The notes beneath the pieces are model-generated. The model saw only the letters and a program-made list of their open reading frames with translations. It was not told the DNA's origin and ran no database searches. The translations under genes and the position numbers were made by a program. From contig NZ_JBIISA010000009.1 of NCBI RefSeq assembly GCF_044341265.1, positions 49,077-113,076 of the forward strand: a stretch of DNA of 64,000 nt, written 5' to 3'. Origin of the DNA: Flavobacterium sp. GTDB lineage: Bacteria > Bacteroidota > Bacteroidia > Flavobacteriales > Flavobacteriaceae. The first letter of the stretch is position 1; the number at the start of each line of letters is the position of its first letter. Shown here piece after piece: positions 47,746 to 58,472 of this stretch.

Positions 47746-49134
47746 ATGAAATACGATATTATTGTTTTAGGAAGTGGTCCAGGCGGTTATGTTACAGCAA
47801 TCCGTGCTTCACAATTGGGCTTTAAAGTAGCTGTTATTGAAAAAGAAAGTCTTGGTGGAATTTGCCTTAATTGGGGTTGTATTCCAACAAAAGCGCTTTT
47901 AAAATCGGCTCAAGTATTTGATTACCTAAAACATGCTTCCGATTATGGATTAATTATTAAAGAATTTGACAAAGACTTTTCTGCTGTTGTAAAACGTTCA
48001 CGTGATGTTGCCGACGGAATGAGCAAAGGAGTTCAATTCTTAATGAAAAAAAATAAAATCGATGTTATTGATGGTTTTGGTAAAATAAAACCAGGTAAAA
48101 AAGTAGATGTAACAGCTGCTGACGGAAAAGTTACTGAATATTCTGCAGACCACATCATTATTGCAACTGGAGCTCGTTCAAGAGAATTACCAAATCTTCC
48201 TCAAGATGGTGTAAAAGTTATTGGATACAGACAAGCAATGACCTTACCTACTCAACCAAAGAAAATGATTGTAGTTGGTTCTGGTGCGATTGGAGTTGAA
48301 TTTGCTCATTTCTACAATTCAATGGGAACAGAAGTTACTATTGTTGAATTTATGCCAAATATTGTTCCGGTTGAAGACGAAGATATTTCGAAACAAATGG
48401 AACGTTCTATGAAGAAAGCTGGTGTAAATATCATGACAAATTCTTCTGTAGAGCGCATTGACACTTCTGGAAATGGGGTAAAAGCTTATGTAAAAACAGC
48501 TAAAGGTGAAGAAGTTCTTGAAGCTGATATTTTACTTTCTGCAGTTGGAATTAAAACAAATATCGAAAATATTGGTCTTGAAGAAGTTGGAATTGCAACA
48601 GATAGAGACAAAATTTTAGTAAACGCGTACAACCAAACTAATGTTCCAGGATATTATGCTATTGGCGATGTAACTCCAGGTCAAGCCTTGGCACACGTTG
48701 CTTCTGCTGAAGGAATTAATTGTGTTGAAAAAATTGCAGGTTTACACGTAGAACCAATCGATTACGGAAACGTTCCTGGTTGTACTTATGCAACTCCAGA
48801 AATTGCATCTGTTGGTTTAACTGAAAAACAAGCTAAAGAAAAAGGATACGAATTGAAAATTGGTAAATTTCCATTCTCAGCTTCAGGGAAAGCCACTGCT
48901 GCTGGAACAAAAGATGGTTTTGTAAAAGTAATTTTCGATGCAAAATATGGTGAATGGTTAGGTTGCCACATGATTGGTGCTGGTGTAACGGATATGATTG
49001 CAGAAGCAGTTGTAGCAAGAAAACTAGAAACTACTGGTCACGAAATTTTAAAAGCAATTCATCCACATCCTACTATGAGTGAAGCTGTTATGGAAGCTGT
49101 AGCTGCTGCTTATGATGAAGTAATACATTTGTAA
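47746..49134 (+). CDS. lpdA: Dihydrolipoyl dehydrogenase
   Basis: GSGPGGY, GGICLNWGCIPTK, GSGAIGVE, HPHPTMSE. Confidence 0.97.
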   Translation: MKYDIIVLGSGPGGYVTAIRASQLGFKVAVIEKESLGGICLNWGCIPTKALLKSAQVFDYLKHASDYGLIIKEFDKDFSAVVKRSRDVADGMSKGVQFLMKKNKIDVIDGFGKIKPGKKVDVTAADGKVTEYSADHIIIATGARSRELPNLPQDGVKVIGYRQAMTLPTQPKKMIVVGSGAIGVEFAHFYNSMGTEVTIVEFMPNIVPVEDEDISKQMERSMKKAGVNIMTNSSVERIDTSGNGVKAYVKTAKGEEVLEADILLSAVGIKTNIENIGLEEVGIATDRDKILVNAYNQTNVPGYYAIGDVTPGQALAHVASAEGINCVEKIAGLHVEPIDYGNVPGCTYATPEIASVGLTEKQAKEKGYELKIGKFPFSASGKATAAGTKDGFVKVIFDAKYGEWLGCHMIGAGVTDMIAEAVVARKLETTGHEILKAIHPHPTMSEAVMEAVAAAYDEVIHL

Positions 49135-49157
49135 GTAAGAAATACAAAGTTTAAATC

Positions 49158-49191
49158 AATCCGTTTAGTTTAATAGCTAAACGGATTTTTT
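49158..49191 (+). terminator. Intrinsic terminator after lpdA
   Basis: aatccgtttag-tttaatag-ctaaacggatttttt. Confidence 0.85.
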
Positions 49192-49361
49192 ATTTTGAGG
49201 AAATGTATAAATTGACCACAAAATTATGTAACAAAGTAAGTTTAGTTAAAGTTAGCTTTGCACCGCTAAAAATAGCATACCTTTACAAGAATAGAAATTA
49301 GAAAAGTATATGATATAAATCAACAACTAGCTAATACGCTACTGTAAAATAGATTTATATT

Positions 49362-49925
49362 ATGAAAATACACATAAAATACATGGTTTCACTTCGTTGT
49401 AAAATGGCAGTGAAGGAAGAACTAGACAAATTAAAACTGAAACACACTTCAATAGAGCTAGGTGAAGTAAATCTAAAGAAAGATATTTCTGGTGATGAAA
49501 GAGAATTTTTAAGAAAAGGACTTTTAAAAAAAGGACTTGAACTCATAGATGACAAGAAGTCATTGCTTATTGAGAAAACTAAAACTACTATTATTGAGAT
49601 TATTCACTATTCTGAAAAATATCCCAAAGTGAACTATTCGGATTATATAAGTGAAAAATTAGACTATAACTACAACCATCTTGCTTCTCTTTTTTCTGAA
49701 ATTAATGGTACTACAATTGCCAATTATATCATCATAAATAAAATTGAACGAGTAAAGGAATTGTTATTATATGACGAATTAAGTCTTACAGAGATTAGTT
49801 TAATGATGGAATACAGTAGCGTAGCCCACTTGTCGCATCAGTTTAAAAAAATTACTGGTTTAACTCCTACTTATTTCAAAAAAATAAAAAAACACAAAAA
49901 AAGAATCATGTTGGAGGAATTATAG
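49362..49925 (+). CDS. AraC-family regulator with a short N-terminal HMA-like segment
   Basis: IKYMVSLRCKM N-terminus; C-terminal ELSLTEISLMMEYSSVAHLSHQFKKITGLTPTYF. Confidence 0.88.
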   Translation: MKIHIKYMVSLRCKMAVKEELDKLKLKHTSIELGEVNLKKDISGDEREFLRKGLLKKGLELIDDKKSLLIEKTKTTIIEIIHYSEKYPKVNYSDYISEKLDYNYNHLASLFSEINGTTIANYIIINKIERVKELLLYDELSLTEISLMMEYSSVAHLSHQFKKITGLTPTYFKKIKKHKKRIMLEEL

Positions 49926-50063
49926 AATTTCTTTATTACTTCAAAATAATTAAATCTGTTTGTTTACTCAAATAGATTTTTTTGTTCATTTTTTTTACAA
50001 TATATTCAATAAAATGTTGTAACTTTATTATAATCGTTTCATAATGAAACTAATTCTTTAAAA

Positions 50064-50846
50064 ATGGACATGATTTCGAAGTTTATAGAATCTTTAAAAT
50101 CGTTCTTTATTGAAATCGGTGAACTCTCCTATTTCACTGGTAAATTTTTTGTTGAAGTTTTCAAACGTCCATTTGAATTCAAAGAATTTATTCGACAATG
50201 CTACTACATGGGAAATCGTTCCTTATTACTAGTTGGAGTAACTGGATTTATTATCGGATTAGTTTTTACCTTACAATCACGACCAACTTTAGAAGAATTT
50301 GGTGCTGCTTCCTGGATTCCTTCAATGGTGAGTGTTTCATTAATTCGTGAAATAGGTCCAATTATAACAGCTTTGATTTGCGCAGGAAGAATTGGATCAG
50401 GAATTGGAGCCGAATTGGGTTCTATGCGAGTTACAGAACAAATTGATGCCATGGAAGTTTCGGGAACAAATCCTTATAAATATTTAGTAGTTACTCGAGT
50501 TTTAGCCACAACATTGATGCTACCTCTTTTAGTCTTTTTTGGAGATGTAATAGGAATTTATGGTTCTTATTTAGTTGAGAATCTCAAAGCGGATGTCTCT
50601 TTAACACTATATATCAATCAAGTAATAAATATTTTAGAATTTAGTGACGTAATTCCATCAACTATCAAAAGTTTTTTCTTTGGATTTGCCATCGGAATTG
50701 TAGGATGTTTTAAAGGATACAATTGTAAAAAAGGAACTGCAGGAGTTGGAAAAGCAGCTAATGAAGCAGTTGTTTTCATTTCTATGTTGCTGTTTATTAT
50801 TGACTTCATAGCGGTTTTTGTAACTAATATATTTTATGATTTATGA
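50064..50846 (+). CDS. mlaE: MlaE-family ABC permease
   Basis: REIGPIITALICAGRIGSGIGAELGSMRVTEQIDAMEV, GVGKA. Confidence 0.92.
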   Translation: MDMISKFIESLKSFFIEIGELSYFTGKFFVEVFKRPFEFKEFIRQCYYMGNRSLLLVGVTGFIIGLVFTLQSRPTLEEFGAASWIPSMVSVSLIREIGPIITALICAGRIGSGIGAELGSMRVTEQIDAMEVSGTNPYKYLVVTRVLATTLMLPLLVFFGDVIGIYGSYLVENLKADVSLTLYINQVINILEFSDVIPSTIKSFFFGFAIGIVGCFKGYNCKKGTAGVGKAANEAVVFISMLLFIIDFIAVFVTNIFYDL

Positions 50847-51592
50847 TGCAAAAAACGAACATAAAACCAATTATAGAAGTAAAAGATTTACACAAAAGTT
50901 ATGGAACGAATCATGTTTTAGATGGATTTCATTTAGACTTATATGAAGGTGAAAATCTTGTAGTTATGGGTAAATCGGGTTCAGGTAAATCGGTGATGAT
51001 AAAATGTTTAATCGGATTAGAACAATCTGATAGCGGTTCGATTATTATCATGGACAAAAACATGAACGATATTCATAGAGAAGATTTAGATGAAATTAGA
51101 ACCGAAGTTGGATTTCTTTTTCAAGGAAGTGCTTTGTATGATTCAATGTCAGTAAGAGAAAATTTAGAATTTCCGTTACGAAGACATACCAAAAAATTTG
51201 GAGTAATTGAAGATACAACTCCACTTGTCATGGAAGCTTTAGAAAATGTAGGCTTGGCAAATACAATCAATTTAATGCCAAACGAACTATCTGGCGGAAT
51301 GAAACGAAGAATAGCTTTAGCACGAACTTTAATTCTAAAACCTAAAATAATTTTATACGATGAGCCTACAACTGGTTTAGATCCAATCACATCAAAAGAA
51401 ATTATTATGTTAATGAAATCAATTCAAGAAAAATATAAAACTTCATCAATTATAATTACGCATGATATTGACTGTGCAAGAGTTATTGCAAATCGAATGA
51501 TTTTATTAATCGACGGAATTAATTATGCTGAAGGAACTTTTGCAGAATTGTCTGCCTCTAAAGATCCTAAAATTGAAGCTTTTTTTAAATAA
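50843..51592 (+). CDS. MlaF-like ABC ATP-binding protein
   Basis: GKSGSGKS, FQGSALYDS, LSGGMKRR, YDEPTTGLDP; 4-bp overlap with mlaE. Confidence 0.9.
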   Translation: MMQKTNIKPIIEVKDLHKSYGTNHVLDGFHLDLYEGENLVVMGKSGSGKSVMIKCLIGLEQSDSGSIIIMDKNMNDIHREDLDEIRTEVGFLFQGSALYDSMSVRENLEFPLRRHTKKFGVIEDTTPLVMEALENVGLANTINLMPNELSGGMKRRIALARTLILKPKIILYDEPTTGLDPITSKEIIMLMKSIQEKYKTSSIIITHDIDCARVIANRMILLIDGINYAEGTFAELSASKDPKIEAFFK

Positions 51593-51600
51593 AATATAAA

Positions 51601-52557
51601 ATGGAAAAAACAACAAATCAAAAAATCAAGCTTGGAATATTTGTCATAATTGGCTCATTATTTTTCATAATTGCTATCTATTTTATTGGCAATAAAAAAG
51701 ATATGTTCAATGAAACTATTCAAATAAGTGCTGTTTTCAAAAATGTAAATGGTTTACAACATGGAAATAACGTTCGTTTTTCAGGAATAAACGTTGGAAC
51801 TGTGAAAAAAATAATTATTGTAAATGATTCACTTATAAAAGTTGATATGCTAATCGAGGAAGATATTGCATCCCATATTAAAAAAGATGCGATGGCTTCA
51901 ATAGGTTCAGATGGTTTGGTCGGAAACATGATTGTAAATATAATTCCAGGTAAAAAATCTAATGAAATGGTTAAAGATGGTGATGTCATTTTATCAGAAA
52001 ATAAAGCATCAACCGACGAGATTCTGAAAACTATAAATTCTACAAGTGAAAATGCTAAGTTAATTACAGATAATTTAGTAAAAATCACCAATCAAATTAA
52101 TAGTAAAAAAGGTACTATCGGAATGTTAATAAACGATACCGTAATGAGTGACGATTTGAAACAAACAATTTATAATTTAAAAGTTACAACCCAAAGTACT
52201 TCAAAATCAATGGCTAATTTGAATAAAATAATCAATGATTTAAACAATAAAGACAACGTTGTTGGAGCATTAAAAGATACTGTCACAGGAAGAAAAATCA
52301 AAATGATTATTGTGAATTTAGAAAAATCTAGTGAACAAATCAATAAAACAATAACTAATTTAAAAGACGGAAAAGGAGCTTTAAATTACCTTTCAAATGA
52401 TCCTAAATTGGTAAAACAAATTGATTCAACTATGATTAATTTAAACCAAGCAAGTAGTAAACTGAACGAAAACTTGGAAGCTTTGAAGCACAATTTCTTT
52501 TTCAGAGGATATTTCAAAAAACAAGAAAAAGCTAAAGCTAAAGCCGCAAAAAAATAA
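51601..52557 (+). CDS. mlaD: MlaD/MCE domain protein
   Basis: N-terminal TM, GLQHGNNVRFSGINVGTV, IGSDGLVGN, helical tail. Confidence 0.88.
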   Translation: MEKTTNQKIKLGIFVIIGSLFFIIAIYFIGNKKDMFNETIQISAVFKNVNGLQHGNNVRFSGINVGTVKKIIIVNDSLIKVDMLIEEDIASHIKKDAMASIGSDGLVGNMIVNIIPGKKSNEMVKDGDVILSENKASTDEILKTINSTSENAKLITDNLVKITNQINSKKGTIGMLINDTVMSDDLKQTIYNLKVTTQSTSKSMANLNKIINDLNNKDNVVGALKDTVTGRKIKMIIVNLEKSSEQINKTITNLKDGKGALNYLSNDPKLVKQIDSTMINLNQASSKLNENLEALKHNFFFRGYFKKQEKAKAKAAKK

Positions 52558-52583
52558 AACACAACATCAACTTACAAAGATAT

Positions 52584-52613
52584 AATCCTCAATTACAAAA
52601 GTAGTTGAGGATT
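52584..52613. terminator. Terminator hairpin, copy A of a 30-bp direct repeat
   Basis: aatcctcaattacaaaagtagttgaggatt. Confidence 0.75.
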
Positions 52614-52670
52614 ATTTTATACTATTTAATAAAATATATCGTTTTCAGAGGAAATCAAAACTATAACCAA

Positions 52671-53384
52671 ATGAAAAACTTTTTCTTATTAATTTGTTGC
52701 TTATTTAGCAGCATTGTATTCTCTCAAAACGCTATTAATGATGACAATACCATAAGTGTTGTTGGAGTTGGAACCAAATCAACTTTTCCAAATGCTGCAC
52801 ATATTACTATTGCCGTTAGATTTGTAAAACCAGCACTTCGTGATGCTATGAACGAAACTCAAAAAACTTCAAAAGACGTACTTACAATAATTAAAAAATA
52901 CGTTTCAGACACTACTGATATTAAGGTAAGTCTTATCTATACTGACAAAGAATTCAAATATGACAATGCTCAAAAGAAAGAAGTTTTTGTAGGTTTTGAA
53001 TCCAATCAAAAAATTATTTTTACTCTCAAAGACATCAAAAGAATGCAAGATTTTACCGAAGAAATTCTAAAAACTAAAATCTACGAAATTGAAAAAGTAG
53101 CTTATTTCCATACAGAAGCTGCTACTTTTATGAAACAAGCTCAAGAACTTGCCGTTGCTGATGCGATTGAAACAACCGAAAGATTAGCTAGAGCCGCAAA
53201 ACTAAAAGTTGGAAAAATTACATATCTTAAATCCACTAACAGTCCTGTGAATGCAATTAATATGTCGGTAAACTCAGGAAATCTTCAAACGTATAATAAA
53301 AGTATGGGAGGCGAAGGCGTTTCGGCAAGCGGACAATTACTGAATTATACAGCAAATGTAAATATGAATACCAAGATTGATTAA
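52671..53384 (+). CDS. SIMPL/DUF541 periplasmic protein
   Basis: Signal peptide from MKNFFLL; ISVVGVG...PNAAHI, AQELAVADA...LARAAKLKVGKI. Confidence 0.85.
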   Translation: MKNFFLLICCLFSSIVFSQNAINDDNTISVVGVGTKSTFPNAAHITIAVRFVKPALRDAMNETQKTSKDVLTIIKKYVSDTTDIKVSLIYTDKEFKYDNAQKKEVFVGFESNQKIIFTLKDIKRMQDFTEEILKTKIYEIEKVAYFHTEAATFMKQAQELAVADAIETTERLARAAKLKVGKITYLKSTNSPVNAINMSVNSGNLQTYNKSMGGEGVSASGQLLNYTANVNMNTKID

Positions 53385-53404
53385 TATTTTTGATGCCAAA
53401 TACG

Positions 53405-53434
53405 AATCCTCAATTGCAAAAGTAGTTGAGGATT
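53405..53434. terminator. Terminator hairpin, copy B (29/30 identical to copy A)
   Basis: aatcctcaattgcaaaagtagttgaggatt followed by a T-run. Confidence 0.8.
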
Positions 53435-53465
53435 TTTTTATATTTGATAGATTAAAATACAACAA

Positions 53466-53819
53466 ATGGACAAACCAAAATCTACCGACGAGTACATTTC
53501 TAGCTTTCCAGCAGCAACACAAATTATCTTACAAGAAGTTAGAAAAACTATAAAAAGTGCCGCACCAAACGCCAATGAAAGCATTAGTTATGGAATGCCT
53601 GCTTATAAATTAAATGGAAAAGCTTTGGTCTATTTTGCTGGTTACAAAAACCATATTGGATTTTACGCAACACCAACTGGACATGCTGAATTTACTGAAG
53701 AATTAGCTAAATATAAACAAGGTAAAGGTTCGGTTCAGTTTCCTATAAACGAACCAATGCCATTAGATTTGATAACAAAAATTGTGAAATTTAGAGTTTC
53801 AGAAGTACTCAAAAAATAA
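53466..53819 (+). CDS. DUF1801/YdhG family protein
   Basis: DEYI, ESISYGMPAY, FAGYKNHIGFY, KGSVQFP. Confidence 0.9.
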   Translation: MDKPKSTDEYISSFPAATQIILQEVRKTIKSAAPNANESISYGMPAYKLNGKALVYFAGYKNHIGFYATPTGHAEFTEELAKYKQGKGSVQFPINEPMPLDLITKIVKFRVSEVLKK

Positions 53820-53820
53820 T

Positions 53821-54942
53821 TTAAATCCCTTTCAAACCATCAATCAAAGCATCAATATCTTCTTTGGTATTGTAATGACTGAAAGAAATTCTTAAACTTG
53901 GTTTTTTCAAATCTTCTTCTGCTAGAATTTCTGATAATACGTGTGATGGTTTTACGCTTCCGCTTTGGCAGGCGCTTCCGCGAGAAACAGCGATTCCTTT
54001 CATGTCTAAATTAAATAAAATCATAGCCGTTTTTTCTTCTGAAAAAGGAAGTAAAACATTCAAAATATTATAAAAAGTATCACTTCCGTTAACTTTAATT
54101 TCTGGAAAATGGAGTTTTAATTGTGTTTCACAATAGTTCTTCAAATCTGAAATAGCTTGTCGTTCTTCCACTAAATGTTCATAAGATAGTTCTAATGCTT
54201 TAGCCATTCCAGCTACTTGATGCACCGCTTCAGTTCCGGCACGAAGTCCTTTTTCTTGCTCGCCACCATATAAAAAAGGCTGCAAAACAATACCTTTCTT
54301 TACATAAGCAAATCCTGCTCCTTTTGGTCCATGAAATTTATGCGCACTTGCAACTGCGAAATCAATAGGAAGTTCGTGTAAATTAAACTCCTTTTTTCCA
54401 ACAGATTGCACCGTATCACAATGAAATAAAGCATCATGCTGATGACAAATTCTACCTACTTTTTCAATATCTAAAACAGCACCAATTTCATTATTCACGT
54501 GCATTAATGTTACTAAAGTCTTTCCGCTTTTAGCCAATAACGTTACCAAATGCGTAATATCAATAGTTCCAGAAGGCAAAATATTTACGTAATCAACTTC
54601 TATTCCGAATTGCTTTTGCAAATTTTTAACCGTGTACAAAGTAGCGTGATGTTCTACCTTACTAGTTATGATTCTTTCTACTTTCAAGTCATTTACAGCG
54701 CTTTTAAGAATCCAATTGGTAGCTTCGGTAGCATTAGCGGTAAAAATAATTTCTTGCGCATTACAACCCATAAGTTTGGCAACAGACTTTCTTGAAGTTT
54801 CTAAAATCGTTTTTGCACTTCTACCAAAACTGTGTGTAGACGATGGATTTCCAAAATCATTTTGAAGTACACCAATCATCTCATTGATTACTTCTTGTCG
54901 AACTTGTGTTGTTGCAGCGTTATCGAGGTATATTTTTTTCAT
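53821..54942 (-). CDS. Cysteine desulfurase (IscS/NifS family)
   Basis: YLDNAATT, GNPSS, HVNNEIG, SAHKFHGPKG, SRGSACQSG. Confidence 0.93.
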   Translation of the reverse strand: MKKIYLDNAATTQVRQEVINEMIGVLQNDFGNPSSTHSFGRSAKTILETSRKSVAKLMGCNAQEIIFTANATEATNWILKSAVNDLKVERIITSKVEHHATLYTVKNLQKQFGIEVDYVNILPSGTIDITHLVTLLAKSGKTLVTLMHVNNEIGAVLDIEKVGRICHQHDALFHCDTVQSVGKKEFNLHELPIDFAVASAHKFHGPKGAGFAYVKKGIVLQPFLYGGEQEKGLRAGTEAVHQVAGMAKALELSYEHLVEERQAISDLKNYCETQLKLHFPEIKVNGSDTFYNILNVLLPFSEEKTAMILFNLDMKGIAVSRGSACQSGSVKPSHVLSEILAEEDLKKPSLRISFSHYNTKEDIDALIDGLKGI

Positions 54943-55023
54943 GAATTCTAAACTAGTTTCAACATCTTTTTGTGTTGAATTTACATTTCTATTTGGATAT
55001 TATAAATGCAAAAATACTGATTA

Positions 55024-55596
55024 TTATTTTACATTTTGCTTAAAATAAACTTCAGTTGCACCCAATCCATATTTTTGATAATTGGCATCTTGGAACGAAA
55101 TATTCTCATATCGTTTTAACATAAAATCCAATTCGGCTTTCAAAACTCCTTCACCAACACCATGTATAAAAACGATTTTCGGAATGCGATTTCTTATAGC
55201 AAATTCAATGTGTCTTTTTGCTGTTTCTGTTTGTATATTGAGGATATCAAAATTGTTCATTCCACGAAAATTTTTAACTAATTTTTCGATGTGCAAATCA
55301 AATTCTGGGATGCCTTTTTCGATCTTATCCGACTTAAAAACCGAAACATTATTCTTTTTTTTAGGTGTTGAATCAATATTTTTTTTATGTAAAGCATCAG
55401 TTGTATTGATTGAACCTAAATAATTGGTATTGTTTTCTTTAATCAATTCGTTGACAAAATATGTCATCATAAATCCATCTGTAGTTTCGATGGTTACATC
55501 ATTATTTTCAACAGCAATAACAACTCCATTTATTGCCTCATCTAAAACCGAAACCTTATCGCCTACTTCAAATTTTTTCGCTGTCATTTTCATCAT
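55024..55596 (-). CDS. Smr/MutS2-related protein
   Basis: KOW-like FEVGDKVSVLD; EFDLHIE; FIHGVGEGVLK; YGLGATEV. Confidence 0.88.
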   Translation of the reverse strand: MMKMTAKKFEVGDKVSVLDEAINGVVIAVENNDVTIETTDGFMMTYFVNELIKENNTNYLGSINTTDALHKKNIDSTPKKKNNVSVFKSDKIEKGIPEFDLHIEKLVKNFRGMNNFDILNIQTETAKRHIEFAIRNRIPKIVFIHGVGEGVLKAELDFMLKRYENISFQDANYQKYGLGATEVYFKQNVK

Positions 55597-55756
55597 CTTT
55601 TGGTGGAACTTTTGCTGATAATTTCATCATGCCAAACATAAAAATTAGGACGGCAATTATCGTGATATACAGGTTTGGCTTCTCACTATTTTGGTTCCAA
55701 AAAGCAACAAAAAAAGCAATCAGCAAAATGGGAATTAATAATTTTTTCATCATCAT
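55568..55756 (-). CDS. Small two-TM hypothetical protein
   Basis: 62 aa with two hydrophobic segments and a charged tail; overlaps the Smr start. Confidence 0.6.
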   Translation of the reverse strand: MMMKKLLIPILLIAFFVAFWNQNSEKPNLYITIIAVLIFMFGMMKLSAKVPPKDDENDSEKI

Positions 55757-55847
55757 TATTTTAAAAAATCAAAAATAGAAAACTTAATATTAGAATGATG
55801 TATTTTAATTTTTTATTTGTAAAATTGTAGAGTAATAAATCAGAACG

Positions 55848-56129
55848 ATGGAAGAATATATGCTGCCTTGTTTTTTTAAATCCTACACCGGACTAGATTG
55901 TATTGGTTGTGGAATTCAACGCTCCATTAATTTTCTGTTTCATGGAGAGTTTATAAAAGCACTCGAGATTTTTCCGGCTATTTATACCACAATCCTATTC
56001 TTTGTATTTATTGGATTGCACCTTTTAGACAAAAGAAGAGAATACCATAAAATGGTAATATTTTTAGCTATTGCAAATGCTAGTATTATGATTATTTCTT
56101 ATGTTTACAAAATGAAATTTCTTTATTAA
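55848..56129 (+). CDS. DUF2752 protein
   Basis: LPCFFKSYTGLDCIGCGIQRS. Confidence 0.88.
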   Translation: MEEYMLPCFFKSYTGLDCIGCGIQRSINFLFHGEFIKALEIFPAIYTTILFFVFIGLHLLDKRREYHKMVIFLAIANASIMIISYVYKMKFLY

Positions 56130-56155
56130 ACTTTAAAACCAAAAACTATATAAAA

Positions 56156-56488
56156 ATGGAAAATCGAAAATTACCCAACGCAACCGCAGTTTTAGTCTTA
56201 GGAATATTATCAATTCTTTTATGTTGGTGCTATGGTATCATAGGATTGATTCTAAGTATCATAGGACTAGCTATTTCAAGAAAAGATTTTGCAATGTACA
56301 ATGCTGCTCCTCAAGATTTTGACAATTATCAAAACTTGAACATCGGTAGAATTCTTTCAATAATTGGAATCGTTCTGAACATTCTTGTACTTGCTTATTT
56401 CATTTGGATTATTTCAATGATTGGAATGGATGCATTAAGTGATCCTGCAGTATTACAAGAAAGAATTAAAGAATTACAAGGAAACTAA
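56156..56488 (+). CDS. CCC-motif / DUF4190-like membrane protein
   Basis: LPNATAVLVLGILSILLCWCYG...GRILSIIG. Confidence 0.85.
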   Translation: MENRKLPNATAVLVLGILSILLCWCYGIIGLILSIIGLAISRKDFAMYNAAPQDFDNYQNLNIGRILSIIGIVLNILVLAYFIWIISMIGMDALSDPAVLQERIKELQGN

Positions 56489-56495
56489 TTCACAT

Positions 56496-56534
56496 AAAAA
56501 AACCGTCTCGTTTTACACAAGACGGTTTTTTTTT
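56496..56534. terminator. Bidirectional intrinsic terminator
   Basis: aaaaaaccgtct...agacggttttttt. Confidence 0.82.
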
Positions 56535-56551
56535 ATATTATTTTTTAAAAT

Positions 56552-57010
56552 TTACATTCCACCTGCCATTGAAGCAAAGAAAGCAATCATCCCTATAGCA
56601 ATGATTATGTATAAAGAAATTAAAACAATAATCATTATTCCTAAAAATTTGTGATGTTTACCTAATTGAACAAAAGCTTCTGATAGCGTATCTGAATTTC
56701 TATAATTCAAAGCATCTTTCATTTTTTTTGCATAATTGTAAAGATACAATATTGGAAAAAAATATATAACTGCCATCACAATATAGAAAATAGATATAAA
56801 TCCTTTCATAGCACCAAAAGGATTCATTCCTGTTCTGCTATACGGATCTTCTGGTATCAAAGCCATTGCTGAACCCATAAAAATAGCCGCAAGAACCATA
56901 AAACCGACTCCTATAAATCCGATAATAGCTAAAAAAGTTGACCATTTAGCACTTTCTCTTAATCCTGCAACCGCTTGTTCATTTAATTGTAAGTTGATTT
57001 GGTTTTCCAT
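56552..57010 (-). CDS. DUF5362 membrane protein
   Basis: LRESAKWSTFLAIIGF, YFFPILYLYNYA. Confidence 0.82.
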   Translation of the reverse strand: MENQINLQLNEQAVAGLRESAKWSTFLAIIGFIGVGFMVLAAIFMGSAMALIPEDPYSRTGMNPFGAMKGFISIFYIVMAVIYFFPILYLYNYAKKMKDALNYRNSDTLSEAFVQLGKHHKFLGIMIIVLISLYIIIAIGMIAFFASMAGGM

Positions 57011-57045
57011 AAAATAGTTGTTTTGGTTATTGGTTGGTTAAAATT

Positions 57046-58326
57046 TTACTTTTCAAATTGCTTCAAAGTAGTGATAATAATCGAAATACAATCAAACAAT
57101 TGTTCTTCGTTCATTACTAATGGCGGAGCAAAACGAATAATGTTTCCGTGAGTTGGTTTAGCTAACAAACCGTTATCTCTCAAAGCAAGGCAAATATTCC
57201 AAGCTGTGTCACTTTCTTCAGTATCGTTGATTACAATCGCATTCAATAATCCTTTTCCACGAACTAAAGTTGCGATATTGGATGATTCAACAAATTCTCC
57301 TATTTTTTCTCTGAAAATTTTCCCTAAACGACGTGCATTTTGAGATAAATTTTCATCATTAACAACTTCCAAAGCAGCAATAGCAACAGCTCCTGCAACA
57401 GGATTTCCACCAAAAGTAGAACCATGCTGACCTGGTTTGATAACATTCATAATGTGATCATTAGCCAAAACAGCCGAAACTGGATAAGCACCACCTGATA
57501 AAGCTTTTCCAAGAATCAAAATATCTGGAGCTACATAAGTTGCTTGTTTTTCGCAGGCATTTTCGCAAGTACAATTTCCGCAAACTGCCAATATTGAACC
57601 TGTTCTTGCAATTCCGGTTTGAACCTCATCTGCGATAAACAAAACGTTGTTAGCTGAACAAAGTGCTTTAGCTTTCGCCAAATAATCTTCTGCTGGTGTA
57701 TAAACTCCAGCTTCACCTTGAATTGGTTCTACAAGGAAACCTGCAATATTTTTAGACGATTTAAGCGCGTTTTCTAACGCTTCGATGTCATCGTAAGGAA
57801 TTTTGATAAATCCTGCTGTATAAGGTCCGAAATTCTTTCTTGCGTTTTCATCATTTGAAAAAGAAATGATAGTCGTAGTTCTTCCGTGGAAATTTCCGTC
57901 ACAAACGATAATTTGTGCTTCGTTTTCATTAATTCCTTTTTTCTCATACGCCCATTTTCTACAAAGTTTCAAAGCCGTTTCTACCGCTTCAGCACCAGTA
58001 TTCATTGGAAGTACTTTATCAAATCCGAAGTATTTTGTTACAAATTCTTCATAAACTCCCAACTTATCGTTGTAAAAAGCTCTTGAAGTTAAAGTTAAAG
58101 TCTGCGCTTGATTAACCATTGCTCCCACAATTTTCGGATGACAATGCCCTTGATTTACAGCAGAATAAGCCGAAAGAAAATCGTAATATTTTTTTCCTTC
58201 AACATCCCAAACATAAACACCTTCTCCTCTACTCAAAACTACTGGTAGTGGATGATAATTGTGAGCTCCATATTTATCTTCTAATGCAATAGCATCGGCA
58301 GAACTCATTTTTTCTAAAACTGACAT
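57046..58326 (-). CDS. rocD: Ornithine aminotransferase
   Basis: [59 protein letters not shown]. Confidence 0.95.
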   Translation of the reverse strand: MSVLEKMSSADAIALEDKYGAHNYHPLPVVLSRGEGVYVWDVEGKKYYDFLSAYSAVNQGHCHPKIVGAMVNQAQTLTLTSRAFYNDKLGVYEEFVTKYFGFDKVLPMNTGAEAVETALKLCRKWAYEKKGINENEAQIIVCDGNFHGRTTTIISFSNDENARKNFGPYTAGFIKIPYDDIEALENALKSSKNIAGFLVEPIQGEAGVYTPAEDYLAKAKALCSANNVLFIADEVQTGIARTGSILAVCGNCTCENACEKQATYVAPDILILGKALSGGAYPVSAVLANDHIMNVIKPGQHGSTFGGNPVAGAVAIAALEVVNDENLSQNARRLGKIFREKIGEFVESSNIATLVRGKGLLNAIVINDTEESDTAWNICLALRDNGLLAKPTHGNIIRFAPPLVMNEEQLFDCISIIITTLKQFEK

Positions 58327-58426
58327 AATTTTTCTTTTTTTACCCAAACTCGTTATGGGCTATTCTAAAATATCAATTCCTTCTTGTGGAGAGAAATCAT
58401 CCATAAACTTTAGCAAAAGTAGTAAA

Positions 58427-58466
58427 AAAGATTGTTAGATTATTAGATTGTTAGACTCTTAGATTC
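58427..58466. repeat. 8-bp tandem repeat (TTAGAnTn)
   Basis: ttagatta ttagattg ttagactc ttagattc; same unit as 19551-19590. Confidence 0.65.
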
Positions 58467-58472
58467 TTTTTA

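Noticed and set aside
53821-54942. Cysteine desulfurase as sulfur donor for the GG-protein/ThiF operon
   Set aside because: About 11 kb away in an unrelated core context; no linkage evidence, though trans action cannot be excluded
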